DNA of 64,000 nucleotides. Origin: an uncultured Bacilli bacterium. GTDB taxonomy: Bacteria; Bacillota_I; Bacilli_A; RF39; UBA660. The stretch is taken from the NCBI GenBank assembly GCA_947630305.1, contig CANRHC010000001.1:520-64519 (forward strand). Direction: 5' to 3'. The notes beneath the pieces were generated by a model. That model saw only the letters and a program-made list of their open reading frames with translations, did no database searches and was not told the DNA's origin. Below, in pieces: positions 1-7,837 of the stretch (positions within the stretch are counted from its first letter, which is position 1; every line of letters starts with the position of its first letter). Made by a program: the position numbers and the translations under genes.

Positions 1-258
1 GAAAATTCTCCAGTTTAAAACTAGCAGGACTTAAATAAAAACTGGGAGGACTTAACTGAAAATTAGGAGGACTCACCTATAAATTAGGTGGTATTGTTTT
101 TGAAAACTAGATTAATTATATACTTAAACTCCTTTTTTACTATTCTAGGTTAGCTATAAAATAGGTGGTATAATTTCTGCCACCTATTGACTAACCTTAG
201 TAGAAAATTAGGAGGTATGTAATTTTTGATTATTTATAAATTTTGTTTAAAAATACCC

Positions 259-287
259 TTGACTAGCTAAAAACTAGGAGGTATAAT
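259..287 (+). promoter_or_regulatory. Sigma-A-type early promoter P1
   Basis: TTGACT(259-264)-17 nt-TATAAT(282-287). Spacer ends in AAAACTAGGAGG. RBS AAAGGAG and ATG at 317 lie downstream. Confidence 0.6.
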
Positions 288-316
288 TAATATAGAAATT
301 GAAAAGGAGATTAGTT

Positions 317-589
317 ATGACCTATTCTGAATTTGAACATAAATTATTTATACAAAATAATAGGTTAAGTAGTGATGTAATAGGTTGTTTTAGATTATGC
401 ACCTATCCCACTCAGAAAGTGTATGAAGTACCATTTGAGGATAAAAGAATGGTGGTAACATTCAGAAATTACTTTAACGATTTATCCGATTCTGTTATAG
501 CGGTCTATGATAAAAACGGTTACGGTTCTGAAATAACCTTTGATTTAGCTTGTGAAATTTTGAATAAATATTATAAAAATAATTTATAA
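317..589 (+). CDS. Early protein, unknown function (90 aa)
   Basis: ATG at 317 preceded by AAAGGAG. The ORF track's TTG start at 299 lies inside the RBS. Downstream of P1. Confidence 0.6.
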   Translation: MTYSEFEHKLFIQNNRLSSDVIGCFRLCTYPTQKVYEVPFEDKRMVVTFRNYFNDLSDSVIAVYDKNGYGSEITFDLACEILNKYYKNNL

Positions 590-595
590 AATACC

Positions 596-624
596 TTGAT
601 TAATGTTAAATTAGGAGGTATAAT
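596..624 (+). promoter_or_regulatory. Sigma-A-type early promoter P2
   Basis: TTGATT-17-TATAAT. Spacer ends AAATTAGGAGG. Confidence 0.55.
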
Positions 625-652
625 TAAATTGCAATAAGAAAAGGAGTTAAAA

Positions 653-952
653 ATGGAAATTACATCTGCTTTGGAATTAATACATAAATTAGAAATATTA
701 TTTAAAAACGGAAAAGCTGATAGAGAACTTATTGATAAAGATGGTTTGATATATATTTTAGAAGATAATAAAAATCAAATAATAGAATGTTATATTGCAC
801 CGAATTTTGATAAAACAATTCATTATGAGGATAGATTTATTATCAGACCGGCAATAAGAAATAACTGGGATTGTTATACTTATATTGATAATAACCAGTT
901 TATTGATTTAGTTAATGAGTTAGTAGAAAAATTAGTTGAAAAAAGAAGTTGA
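653..952 (+). CDS. Early protein, unknown function (99 aa)
   Basis: ATG at 653 with AAGGAG RBS, downstream of P2. Confidence 0.6.
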   Translation: MEITSALELIHKLEILFKNGKADRELIDKDGLIYILEDNKNQIIECYIAPNFDKTIHYEDRFIIRPAIRNNWDCYTYIDNNQFIDLVNELVEKLVEKRS

Positions 953-977
953 CAGCGTGAAAATCAAGAGGTATAAT
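949..977 (+). promoter_or_regulatory. Sigma-A-type early promoter P3
   Basis: TTGACA-17-TATAAT. The downstream UTR is nearly identical to that of P1 (ATAGAAATTGAAAAGGAG). Confidence 0.6.
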
Positions 978-1006
978 ATTTATAGAAATTGAAAAGGAGT
1001 TATAAA

Positions 1007-1510
1007 ATGAATAAAGAAAGATTTTTTGAAATTTACGAAGAGTACGGATTAGAAGGTGAGCCTGAAGGAGCTCAACCAGTTATTGAAAAATTATTTGATG
1101 AATGTGTCCCCAGTGTTGGTAAAGCGGACACAGTTTTTGGAGAAATCGTAAGGGCAATAAATCAAATTGGTTATAGATATTATAACGACGGCGACACGAT
1201 AGGATTTAATTATGGAGTAGAAACGGTCTCCCCCTCTGCTCGGTATTTACAATATCATACTAACGAAACAATAGCCTGTTTTATTAAAGGTATGGCAAAT
1301 TACGATTTTGAGGTTGATTATGAAGCCAAGGAATATGAACGTTTATTAGATACGTTAGTATGTTATATTTCAGATTTTCTTTTTGAAAATACCCAGTTAT
1401 TAGAAGTAGAAAATACCGAAAATTGTAGAAATTTTAAAGCTCAGGGCAAACCTTTTGATTTTGAAGATATTGATGAGGAAGCTGAGGAATACGAAGAAGA
1501 ATATTGGTAA
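1007..1510 (+). CDS. Early acidic protein, unknown function (167 aa, strongly acidic C-terminus)
   Basis: ATG at 1007 after AAAGGAG. C-terminus is FDFEDIDEEAEEYEEEYW. The track's start at 989 is a TTG inside the UTR. Confidence 0.6.
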   Translation: MNKERFFEIYEEYGLEGEPEGAQPVIEKLFDECVPSVGKADTVFGEIVRAINQIGYRYYNDGDTIGFNYGVETVSPSARYLQYHTNETIACFIKGMANYDFEVDYEAKEYERLLDTLVCYISDFLFENTQLLEVENTENCRNFKAQGKPFDFEDIDEEAEEYEEEYW

Positions 1511-1529
1511 ATTTAATTTAAAAAAGAAG

Positions 1530-1558
1530 TTGACAAGTTAAAGATCTTTTGATAAAAT
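1530..1558 (+). promoter_or_regulatory. Sigma-A-type early promoter P4 (cassette family B)
   Basis: AAAAAAGAAGTTGACAAGTTAAAGATCTTTTGATAAAAT: TTGACA-17-TAAAAT, followed by the conserved UTR ATAATTACAATAAAGA(A)AAGGAGTTA. Confidence 0.6.
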
Positions 1559-1590
1559 ATAATTACAATAAAGATAAAGGAGTTACGAAA

Positions 1591-1848
1591 ATGAAATCAT
1601 TAGAAAGACAATTAATTACAAACAATTTAAGTATGATTAAAGATTTAATTAATTCTTTACGTGAAAGTATAGACAATGAAAACAAGAAATATATTTATTC
1701 TGATATATTAAATTTAGAAAGAACCTTTGGCAATATAGAAGTCCAGTTAGATTTATTAAACGCTGACGCAGAATTAAAAGCTGATTATAATTATTTATTA
1801 AATAGATATTACGATTTATCAACGGATGCGGAAGAATTATTATTTTAA
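1591..1848 (+). CDS. Early protein, unknown function (85 aa)
   Basis: ATG at 1591 after AAAGGAG. The track's start at 1549 lies inside promoter P4. Confidence 0.55.
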   Translation: MKSLERQLITNNLSMIKDLINSLRESIDNENKKYIYSDILNLERTFGNIEVQLDLLNADAELKADYNYLLNRYYDLSTDAEELLF

Positions 1849-1866
1849 TTTTTGTTTAAATAATAC

Positions 1867-1895
1867 CTTGACAAGTTAAAGATCTTTTAATATAA
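1867..1895 (+). promoter_or_regulatory. Sigma-A-type early promoter P5 (cassette family B)
   Basis: TTGACAAGTTAAAGATCTTTTAATATAAT: TTGACA-17-TATAAT. Same cassette as P4 and P7. Confidence 0.6.
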
Positions 1896-1920
1896 TTACA
1901 ATAAGAAAAGGAGTTAGAAA

Positions 1921-2193
1921 ATGGATGAATTAAAAGAATATTTAAAAGATGGGAATTTAATATATGAATTAGATGTTATTAATGGATTTGTTGAACCACC
2001 TATAACTGCTTTAACTATTTATGATATTAAAAAACGAAAAGAAATTGATGCACTTATGGGATTTGCAGGTATGGATATTTCTGAAAATGGTATGGAAGAA
2101 TATATCAACATGGAAAATGTTGATATTTTAGGACAATTTAATTCAATAGAGGAATGTATTGGATATTTATATTTAAATCATAAAATTAGTTGA
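1921..2193 (+). CDS. Early protein, unknown function (90 aa)
   Basis: ATG at 1921 after AAAAGGAG. Own promoter P5. Confidence 0.6.
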   Translation: MDELKEYLKDGNLIYELDVINGFVEPPITALTIYDIKKRKEIDALMGFAGMDISENGMEEYINMENVDILGQFNSIEECIGYLYLNHKIS

Positions 2194-2203
2194 AAAAAAG
2201 TAT

Positions 2204-2231
2204 TGACATTTTAAATTAATGAGGTTAAAAT
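2204..2231 (+). promoter_or_regulatory. Sigma-A-type early promoter P6
   Basis: TTGACA-16-TAAAAT, followed by the family-B UTR ATAATTACAATAAAGAAAAGGAGTTAGAAAATG. Confidence 0.5.
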
Positions 2232-2261
2232 ATAATTACAATAAAGAAAAGGAGTTAGAAA

Positions 2262-2714
2262 ATGAACGGAAGACTTTATAGTTCAATAATGACAATTTAT
2301 GACAAGGAAACAGCGGATATTTTAAATGCGGTTGATTATAATATGTATGATATTACAGGTTTAGTTGATGAGGGATATTTAGATGCTTTAGCAAAGGGAA
2401 TTCGATACGGTATAATAGAAGACCGATATAAAGCACAGGATTTAATAAATACTGATACTAATAGTTATATAGCTGATGATTTTCCTGTAATACTAGGAGC
2501 TATTTTTTGGGATATTATAACATTCATGTCCCCTGAACGTTTTATTCAAGATGAAATTTTACCCAGTTTTAAAACACGTGAAAAATTAGATGAATACATG
2601 AAGGAAAACAATTTATCTAATAAAGAATTAATTAATAATTGGGAATGTAAAAATGAATATTTACAAGGTGTTTATCTTGATTATAGAGATGTAGTTTTAG
2701 TTGAAAAATTTTAA
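2262..2714 (+). CDS. Early protein, unknown function (150 aa)
   Basis: ATG at 2262 after AAAAGGAG. Own promoter P6. Confidence 0.6.
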   Translation: MNGRLYSSIMTIYDKETADILNAVDYNMYDITGLVDEGYLDALAKGIRYGIIEDRYKAQDLINTDTNSYIADDFPVILGAIFWDIITFMSPERFIQDEILPSFKTREKLDEYMKENNLSNKELINNWECKNEYLQGVYLDYRDVVLVEKF

Positions 2715-2733
2715 ATTTTGTTTAAAAAAGAAG

Positions 2734-2762
2734 TTGACAAGTTAAAGGTCTTTTGATAAAAT
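2734..2762 (+). promoter_or_regulatory. Sigma-A-type early promoter P7 (cassette family B)
   Basis: AAAAAAGAAGTTGACAAGTTAAAGGTCTTTTGATAAAAT. Near-identical to the P4 cassette. Confidence 0.6.
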
Positions 2763-2792
2763 ATAATTACAATAAAAACAAAGGAGTTAAAA

Positions 2793-3221
2793 ATGTTAAA
2801 ACCTGAATTAGATGAAGCTTTAGAATATTACTACTGTGATGATGTAACCTGTTTACTACATTATATTGACTGGTATTTATTTAGTTTTATTAATGATGAA
2901 GATTTTGTAATTACAACAATTAACCTGTTCAAACAGCATAAAATTTCAAGTGAAGATGTTGATAATATGTTTTATGAAATGGAGCCTGACCTATATTGTA
3001 CTACTGCTGATATTGACAACGGTTCTATTTATCTAATGGGACAAGATGAATTTATAGAAGAATTTATTTTACCTAATTATGAGGACGAGGAAGAAATGGA
3101 AAATAAGTTAGGTAATACAACTTATCAAATTGTATCTAATTATCTTGAACATGATTATAATTTTACTAGAGATATGGTATATCTAGATGATATAGAATCT
3201 GTTTTAATCGTTGAAAATTAG
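2793..3221 (+). CDS. Early acidic protein, unknown function (142 aa)
   Basis: ATG at 2793 after AAAGGAG. Own promoter P7. Confidence 0.6.
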   Translation: MLKPELDEALEYYYCDDVTCLLHYIDWYLFSFINDEDFVITTINLFKQHKISSEDVDNMFYEMEPDLYCTTADIDNGSIYLMGQDEFIEEFILPNYEDEEEMENKLGNTTYQIVSNYLEHDYNFTRDMVYLDDIESVLIVEN

Positions 3222-3234
3222 TTTAAAAAAGGAG

Positions 3235-3263
3235 TTGCCATTTTTTAAACTAAATGGTATAAT
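3235..3263 (+). promoter_or_regulatory. Sigma-A-type early promoter P8
   Basis: TTGCCA-17-TATAAT. Confidence 0.5.
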
Positions 3264-3293
3264 AAAAGTATAAATTAAAGGAGTTTTACGTTA

Positions 3294-3584
3294 ATGAATC
3301 CAAATAAAGACAGATTAAAAAGTTTAATGTTAAAAGTAGATTCTTTTGTTAATAAAGTTACTGATTTACAAAATAAGATTAATAATGATGAAATCGGTCT
3401 AGCTGAGTTATTGAGTATTCTAAGCGACCTCAATTTTAAGTCAGGTGAGATTGAGAATTTATTAAAATATAATAATTATTCTGATTATTTGTTTAATAGT
3501 TATTTTGATAAATGGATTGACTTTATGAGTATACAAGAAAGCGTTTTAAAATCTATCGGCAGAAAAAATGTAAAAATTATTTAA
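3294..3584 (+). CDS. Early protein, unknown function (96 aa)
   Basis: ATG at 3294 after AAAGGAG. Own promoter P8. Confidence 0.55.
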   Translation: MNPNKDRLKSLMLKVDSFVNKVTDLQNKINNDEIGLAELLSILSDLNFKSGEIENLLKYNNYSDYLFNSYFDKWIDFMSIQESVLKSIGRKNVKII

Positions 3585-3592
3585 ATAAAACC

Positions 3593-3621
3593 TTGACAAG
3601 TAATAAAAGACCATGTATAAT
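3593..3621 (+). promoter_or_regulatory. Sigma-A-type early promoter P9
   Basis: TTGACA-17-TATAAT, followed by a TATAAGTA...AAAGGAGTTA UTR related to family B. Confidence 0.6.
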
Positions 3622-3652
3622 ATAAGTATAAAATAAATTAAAGGAGTTACAA

Positions 3653-3934
3653 ATGATTAGTTACGATCAATTTAAACGTGAAATAAATCTAACTATAATA
3701 AAAATGGCAAATCTTAAAAACAGGTTTGAATTAGGAAATTACAAACATATTTATGAATTAGCTAGTAAAGTTAAAGAACAACAAGGTTATATGAATGGAA
3801 TTATTAGATGTGCTAATGGAATCTTTTATGGTGTTGACGGATATTCTGATTTAGAGCGTGCTTATAATATGGCTGAAAATGAGTTTGAATGGGTACACTA
3901 TAATATTATGGATTTTTTAGATAAAAGGAGCTAA
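3653..3934 (+). CDS. Early protein, unknown function (93 aa)
   Basis: ATG at 3653 after AAAGGAG. Own promoter P9. Confidence 0.55.
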   Translation: MISYDQFKREINLTIIKMANLKNRFELGNYKHIYELASKVKEQQGYMNGIIRCANGIFYGVDGYSDLERAYNMAENEFEWVHYNIMDFLDKRS

Positions 3935-3936
3935 AA

Positions 3937-4146
3937 ATGAACAAGGACGAGTACATGGAATATAAACTAAAATATCTTGAAACACTAAAGAAAGAATTAC
4001 AAGGTGTACTGGATAGAATGTATGATGATTATAATTTTACTGAAAAGAAATATAACGATTTATTAGTTAGTAAAGTTACTGAAATGTTTCACAGTTTAAA
4101 ATGTTTAGCATATTTTCCTGAGTTTGAATTACCTGCGGAAAATTAA
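3937..4146 (+). CDS. Early protein, unknown function (69 aa)
   Basis: ATG at 3937 two nt after the upstream stop, with AAAAGGAG RBS. Probably translationally coupled. Confidence 0.5.
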   Translation: MNKDEYMEYKLKYLETLKKELQGVLDRMYDDYNFTEKKYNDLLVSKVTEMFHSLKCLAYFPEFELPAEN

Positions 4147-4175
4147 AATTAATTAAAAAAAGTTTAAAAAAACAC

Positions 4176-4204
4176 TTGACAATATCATTTATAGATTATA
4201 TAAT
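4176..4204 (+). promoter_or_regulatory. Sigma-A-type early promoter P10
   Basis: TTGACA-17-TATAAT, followed by TATAAGTACAATAAAGAAAGGAATTAGAAAATG. Confidence 0.6.
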
Positions 4205-4233
4205 ATAAGTACAATAAAGAAAGGAATTAGAAA

Positions 4234-5430
4234 ATGAAAAAATTTAGTTTTAATGTAAAAGACATGTTAGAAGTATTAAACGGTATTAAATTAAATAAAG
4301 CAAAGAATGGTCACGTATTAACAATTAAAGATAAGAATATAGTTTTAACAGCTCACGGAAAAGACGGATTAAATACAATCTACACTTACTCATCCGATAT
4401 AGAATATAAAGACGAACAAATGGGAAATACAACCAGTTTTGACTTTTGGAAATTCTATGATGCTATAAAAGATTTATCAGATATTGGAGACCGTTGTAAA
4501 GTAGAGGTTGAAAATGAAACCGCCACTTTAACAGTTGATTATTTAGGTATTAAAATTGACGTTTTAGATTATGATTGTAATGTAGTAAATTCTGACATAG
4601 AGGATAAACTTTATGAAAACAATCTCTTTTATTTACCGATTGAAAATAAAAAACAATTAATCAACAATCTAGAAACATTAAAGAAGTTTACCGCAGTTAA
4701 TGAAAATCAAATACCTATTATAACAGGCGTTAAAGTTGAAGTGAAAGACAATACCTGCCGATTTATAGCAATAGATGGCTTTAGATTTATTACTATTGAT
4801 TATAAGATTGAACGACCAAATAGCAGTACTATCTCCCAAGAGGATTTTGAGTTTGTATTAAATAAAAGTCAACTTGAATCTTTAGTTAAAATTTTAAGAA
4901 ATAATAAAACAGCTAGTCAAATTGAGTTTACTTTAAACAAAGATAATTTAGTTGATATATTAGTATTTAAAGAATTAAATTTAGGTTGTAATTATATAGG
5001 TATTCAAAGTAACGCTTTAGAAGGTAACTTTTTTGACTATACAACTGTTATACCAAAAAAGAAAACTCACTCACTTAAACTTAATAAGAATAATCTAGTT
5101 AAAACTACTAAAGTTATCAATAAAGCGAAATCTGATGATTTAAGTTTAATAGTATTTAATAAAACGGATAATAGCTTATTACTAACTGATAAGAAAGATA
5201 AAATTAAATCAACCTTTTCTGATATTGATAACTTAAGTAACTATACGGACGTAAAATTTGGTATTAACTCAAGTTATCTGTTAAACAGTTTAGATAACAT
5301 AAATTCAAGTGAGGTAACACTAGACTTTAAAGCGGAAGATAATACACTTATTGAACCTTTAGTTATTAACGATAATAATAAATATAGCAATAACAATTAC
5401 TATATTTTACCAGTTAGAATGACTGCTTAA
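4234..5430 (+). CDS. dnaN: DNA polymerase sliding clamp (DnaN/beta-clamp-like), 398 aa
   Basis: Three-domain length. Central ...IPIITGVKVEVKDNTCRFIAIDGFRFITID... resembles the beta-clamp domain II start. C-terminus ...YYILPVRMTA resembles the bacterial beta-clamp C-terminus ...VVMPMRL. Own promoter P10. Confidence 0.55.
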   Translation: MKKFSFNVKDMLEVLNGIKLNKAKNGHVLTIKDKNIVLTAHGKDGLNTIYTYSSDIEYKDEQMGNTTSFDFWKFYDAIKDLSDIGDRCKVEVENETATLTVDYLGIKIDVLDYDCNVVNSDIEDKLYENNLFYLPIENKKQLINNLETLKKFTAVNENQIPIITGVKVEVKDNTCRFIAIDGFRFITIDYKIERPNSSTISQEDFEFVLNKSQLESLVKILRNNKTASQIEFTLNKDNLVDILVFKELNLGCNYIGIQSNALEGNFFDYTTVIPKKKTHSLKLNKNNLVKTTKVINKAKSDDLSLIVFNKTDNSLLLTDKKDKIKSTFSDIDNLSNYTDVKFGINSSYLLNSLDNINSSEVTLDFKAEDNTLIEPLVINDNNKYSNNNYYILPVRMTA

Positions 5431-5452
5431 ACATTTTAAATTCAAGATTAAA

Positions 5453-5478
5453 TAGGAGAATAAACTCCTATTTTTTCT
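5453..5478 (+). terminator. Rho-independent terminator after the clamp gene
   Basis: TAGGAGAATAAACTCCTA hairpin followed by TTTTTTCTG. Confidence 0.6.
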
Positions 5479-5498
5479 GTTTAATTAGGAGGAAAATC

Positions 5499-6323
5499 AT
5501 GTTAGATAAAATGAAAAAACTAGTTGAGAACAGAGGACTTTCAACTTATGAAATAGTACATAATACCGGCTGTGTTTCACGTACTAATATTTTAGAACCG
5601 GTTATAAACGGAGATAAAGAAATTACCAGTACTAACTTTAATAACTTATCAGCTTTTGCGCGTGGACTTGGTGTTACTATTGAGGATATTTTGGAGGATT
5701 ATGACTATGATGGAACAACAGCTCAAATACTTAATATTGAACGTACGGTTAAAAGATTTAAAAAGCATCAACAAAACGGTATAGTTTTAACAGAAAATGA
5801 GGACGGTGGCTATGTTATCGGTGCGAGATATGAGGTAAACAAATATGAAAATTTTCCTATTCTGAAAAAAGATTTTGAGATAATAGAAAAGAATAAATTC
5901 CATTCAGAACAATTAACAGAACCGATATATCTATTAAACAGAAGATGGTTAAATACCAGTAGTAAAAACACTTATTTAACTAAGAATAATACCCTTACTA
6001 ACCTCGCCCCAAAACTAAATAAATATTCTATGGCGTTCTTTATTTACTCACCTATTTATGATAATAACGATTTAATCGGTGGGGATTTTAAACTGGCTAT
6101 ATCTGTATTGAATAAAGAAGGCTTTTTTAGCTTTAGTGAGGTATATGGCTGTGAATGGCTTAAAACAGAAGAAACACGCCACATAGTTTATTATAAAGCA
6201 TACAATGAACATTTATACGTTACTCCTGAAAGAATAGAAGAATGGGAAAAAGAAGAAATTTCAGAACTTGAATATTGGAAAGCAATTTATACTCAATTCT
6301 TTAAATTTGGTATAAGTAAATAA
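5499..6323 (+). CDS. HTH (XRE-like) DNA-binding protein with a C-terminal domain of unknown function, 274 aa
   Basis: N-terminal LVENRGLSTYEIVHNTGCVSRTNI...LSAFARGLGVTIEDIL is a helix-turn-helix pattern. AGGAGG RBS. Confidence 0.5.
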   Translation: MLDKMKKLVENRGLSTYEIVHNTGCVSRTNILEPVINGDKEITSTNFNNLSAFARGLGVTIEDILEDYDYDGTTAQILNIERTVKRFKKHQQNGIVLTENEDGGYVIGARYEVNKYENFPILKKDFEIIEKNKFHSEQLTEPIYLLNRRWLNTSSKNTYLTKNNTLTNLAPKLNKYSMAFFIYSPIYDNNDLIGGDFKLAISVLNKEGFFSFSEVYGCEWLKTEETRHIVYYKAYNEHLYVTPERIEEWEKEEISELEYWKAIYTQFFKFGISK

Positions 6324-6328
6324 TCAAG

Positions 6329-6366
6329 AATTAACCTATATTAATTTATAGGTTAATTTTTTTTTG
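6329..6366 (+). terminator. Strong rho-independent terminator closing the early block
   Basis: AATTAACCTATA-TTAATTT-ATAGGTTAATT hairpin followed by a run of nine T. Confidence 0.75.
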
Positions 6367-6374
6367 CCCAATGC

Positions 6375-6590
6375 GTGAAAATGTAAACGTTTTATTTTAC
6401 ACGTATTTAATACTTTTTCTGTCTTTGTATGTTATTATACTTATTTAATCTATCCCCCATTATTTTGTAAATTAAAGCGTTTTATACCATAATTGCTAAT
6501 TATACACCTATTTGATATTATTAATGTTTAGTTTTACTTATTTTAGGTTATAAATGTAAACGTTTTATTTTAACCGTATTTAAAAGATTT
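6375..6590. repeat. Direct repeat AATGTAAACGTTTTATTTTA(c/a)ACCGTATTTAA, two copies
   Basis: Copies at about 6380-6412 and 6552-6584. The core AAACGTTT is palindromic. Confidence 0.7.
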
Positions 6591-6837
6591 TACCCTTACC
6601 TATATTAGAATACCTTTCAAAATTAATACCCTTTATTTTGCCGATTTGAGACTACACGATTTTAAGCTTTCCATTTGCAAATATCAGCTTTCTATGATAT
6701 ACTTATTATATCAAAATAGAATTACTATGAATAATAGGATAACTCTATTCAAGACCTTTGAAATTTTAAATCGAGAATTTTTAATTTTCTGATGGGAGAA
6801 TAAAAAATGTCAGATATTAATGCGTCTTTTTACACTG

Positions 6838-7062
6838 GTCAAAATTCAATTACGATTCGGTGGTCAAAATTCGTTTAACATCTGATGGTCAAAATTCAAT
6901 CGTCATGGTCTGTATTAAAAAATGGTAAAATTTTAAACACCACCACTCCGACCTTTGACTTTTGACAGCTGATAAAATTCTGCCAGTCCGTCCAATTGAG
7001 AGTTAATAAAATTCTGCCACTCCGTCTATTTGACAGCTAGGAATTTTCTGCCACTCTGCCCA
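6838..7062. repeat. Iteron arrays: 3x GGTCAAAATTC then 3x AATTCTGCCA(C/G)TC(C/T)G(T/C)C
   Basis: GGTCAAAATTC at about 6838, 6860 and 6886. AAAATTCTGCCAGTCCGTCC, AAAATTCTGCCACTCCGTCT and TTTTCTGCCACTCTGCCC at about 6974, 7007 and 7035. TTGAC(A/T) elements lie between them. Confidence 0.75.
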
Positions 7063-7196
7063 TCTGAAAGAAAAGAAAAAAAAAGAATAAAAAGAATATA
7101 CTACCAATGCGTTTAGTGTCATCAAAAGGTGATTGGTGACAAAATACCGCTATTTGGCACGAAAGAATCCACACTCACAAAATACCACCATGCGTG

Positions 7197-7231
7197 AAAA
7201 AAAAAGTCTGTACACATTTCTGCATACAGAC
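7197..7231 (-). terminator. Rho-independent terminator (minus strand) ending the leftward middle operon
   Basis: Minus strand reads GTCTGTATGCAGAAATGTGTACAGAC followed by a run of nine T. Confidence 0.55.
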
Positions 7232-7286
7232 CATATCTCAACTTCAAAATGTTTATTAATACCCTTTAAAGTTTATCCTTTCTTAT

Positions 7287-7625
7287 CTAATACCATTCTA
7301 ACGCTATCTTGTCTAATTCCGTCATATCCAGCAACTCAAGTCCGTACTGATGTGCTTCATACATTGTACTCTCACTCATTGGAAATTTTTTCAGTATTTC
7401 TTTAAACTGCATGCCCACAATGTATCTTGAAACCAGTACTGCCCTCTCCCTTGCAGGAAGTTTGTTGACCGCACGTTCAAACGCCTCTAACTCATTTAAA
7501 AGTTCCGTTGCCCTTTCATGCAAATAATCAACTAATTCTTGAGTTTCATCCATTACTTCTATCCACCGGTCATCAGGTCTTTTATGAATGTTCCCTGATG
7601 GCATCCCTGTTAGAATACTGGTCAA
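7287..7625 (-). CDS. ArpU-like / sigma-70 region-4-like transcriptional regulator (112 aa), candidate late-gene activator
   Basis: C-terminal ERAVLVSRYIVGMQFKEILKKFPMSESTMYEAHQYGLELL matches the sigma-70 region 4 HTH pattern. Size is typical of the ArpU/RinA-type phage late activators of Firmicutes. Confidence 0.5.
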   Translation of the reverse strand: MTSILTGMPSGNIHKRPDDRWIEVMDETQELVDYLHERATELLNELEAFERAVNKLPARERAVLVSRYIVGMQFKEILKKFPMSESTMYEAHQYGLELLDMTELDKIALEWY

Positions 7626-7837
7626 TTTGATTTTTGTTGATTGAAGTCTTTCAAGTTCTGTTACGTGAGAGTCAAAATCAATTTTAATATACCTGTATTC
7701 ATTTAACCGCTGTTTACGTCTTTCAAGTTCTTCTTTTGTAATTCCGTTATGTTCTATTCTTAACCTGCTTTCTATGAACAGAACATCTGATTGTATTAAA
7801 ATTTTGTCGGATTTAATACTGCATGACCTTAGATAAA

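Noticed and set aside
1-120. Reading the AAAACTAGGAGG repeats simply as a stack of ribosome-binding sites
   Set aside because: Most copies are not followed by start codons. In P1 and P2 the motif lies upstream of the -10 hexamer, not in a leader. Hence treated as a DNA-level motif.
299-1593. ORF-track start codons at 299, 989 and 1549 (TTG)
   Set aside because: Each lies within the promoter or RBS of its own gene. An in-frame ATG with correct AAAGGAG spacing exists 18-42 nt downstream, so those were taken as the true starts.
7133-7405. 90-aa plus-strand ORF overlapping the terminator and the sigma-like gene
   Set aside because: Spans a predicted terminator hairpin and the antisense of the regulator gene. 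No RBS.
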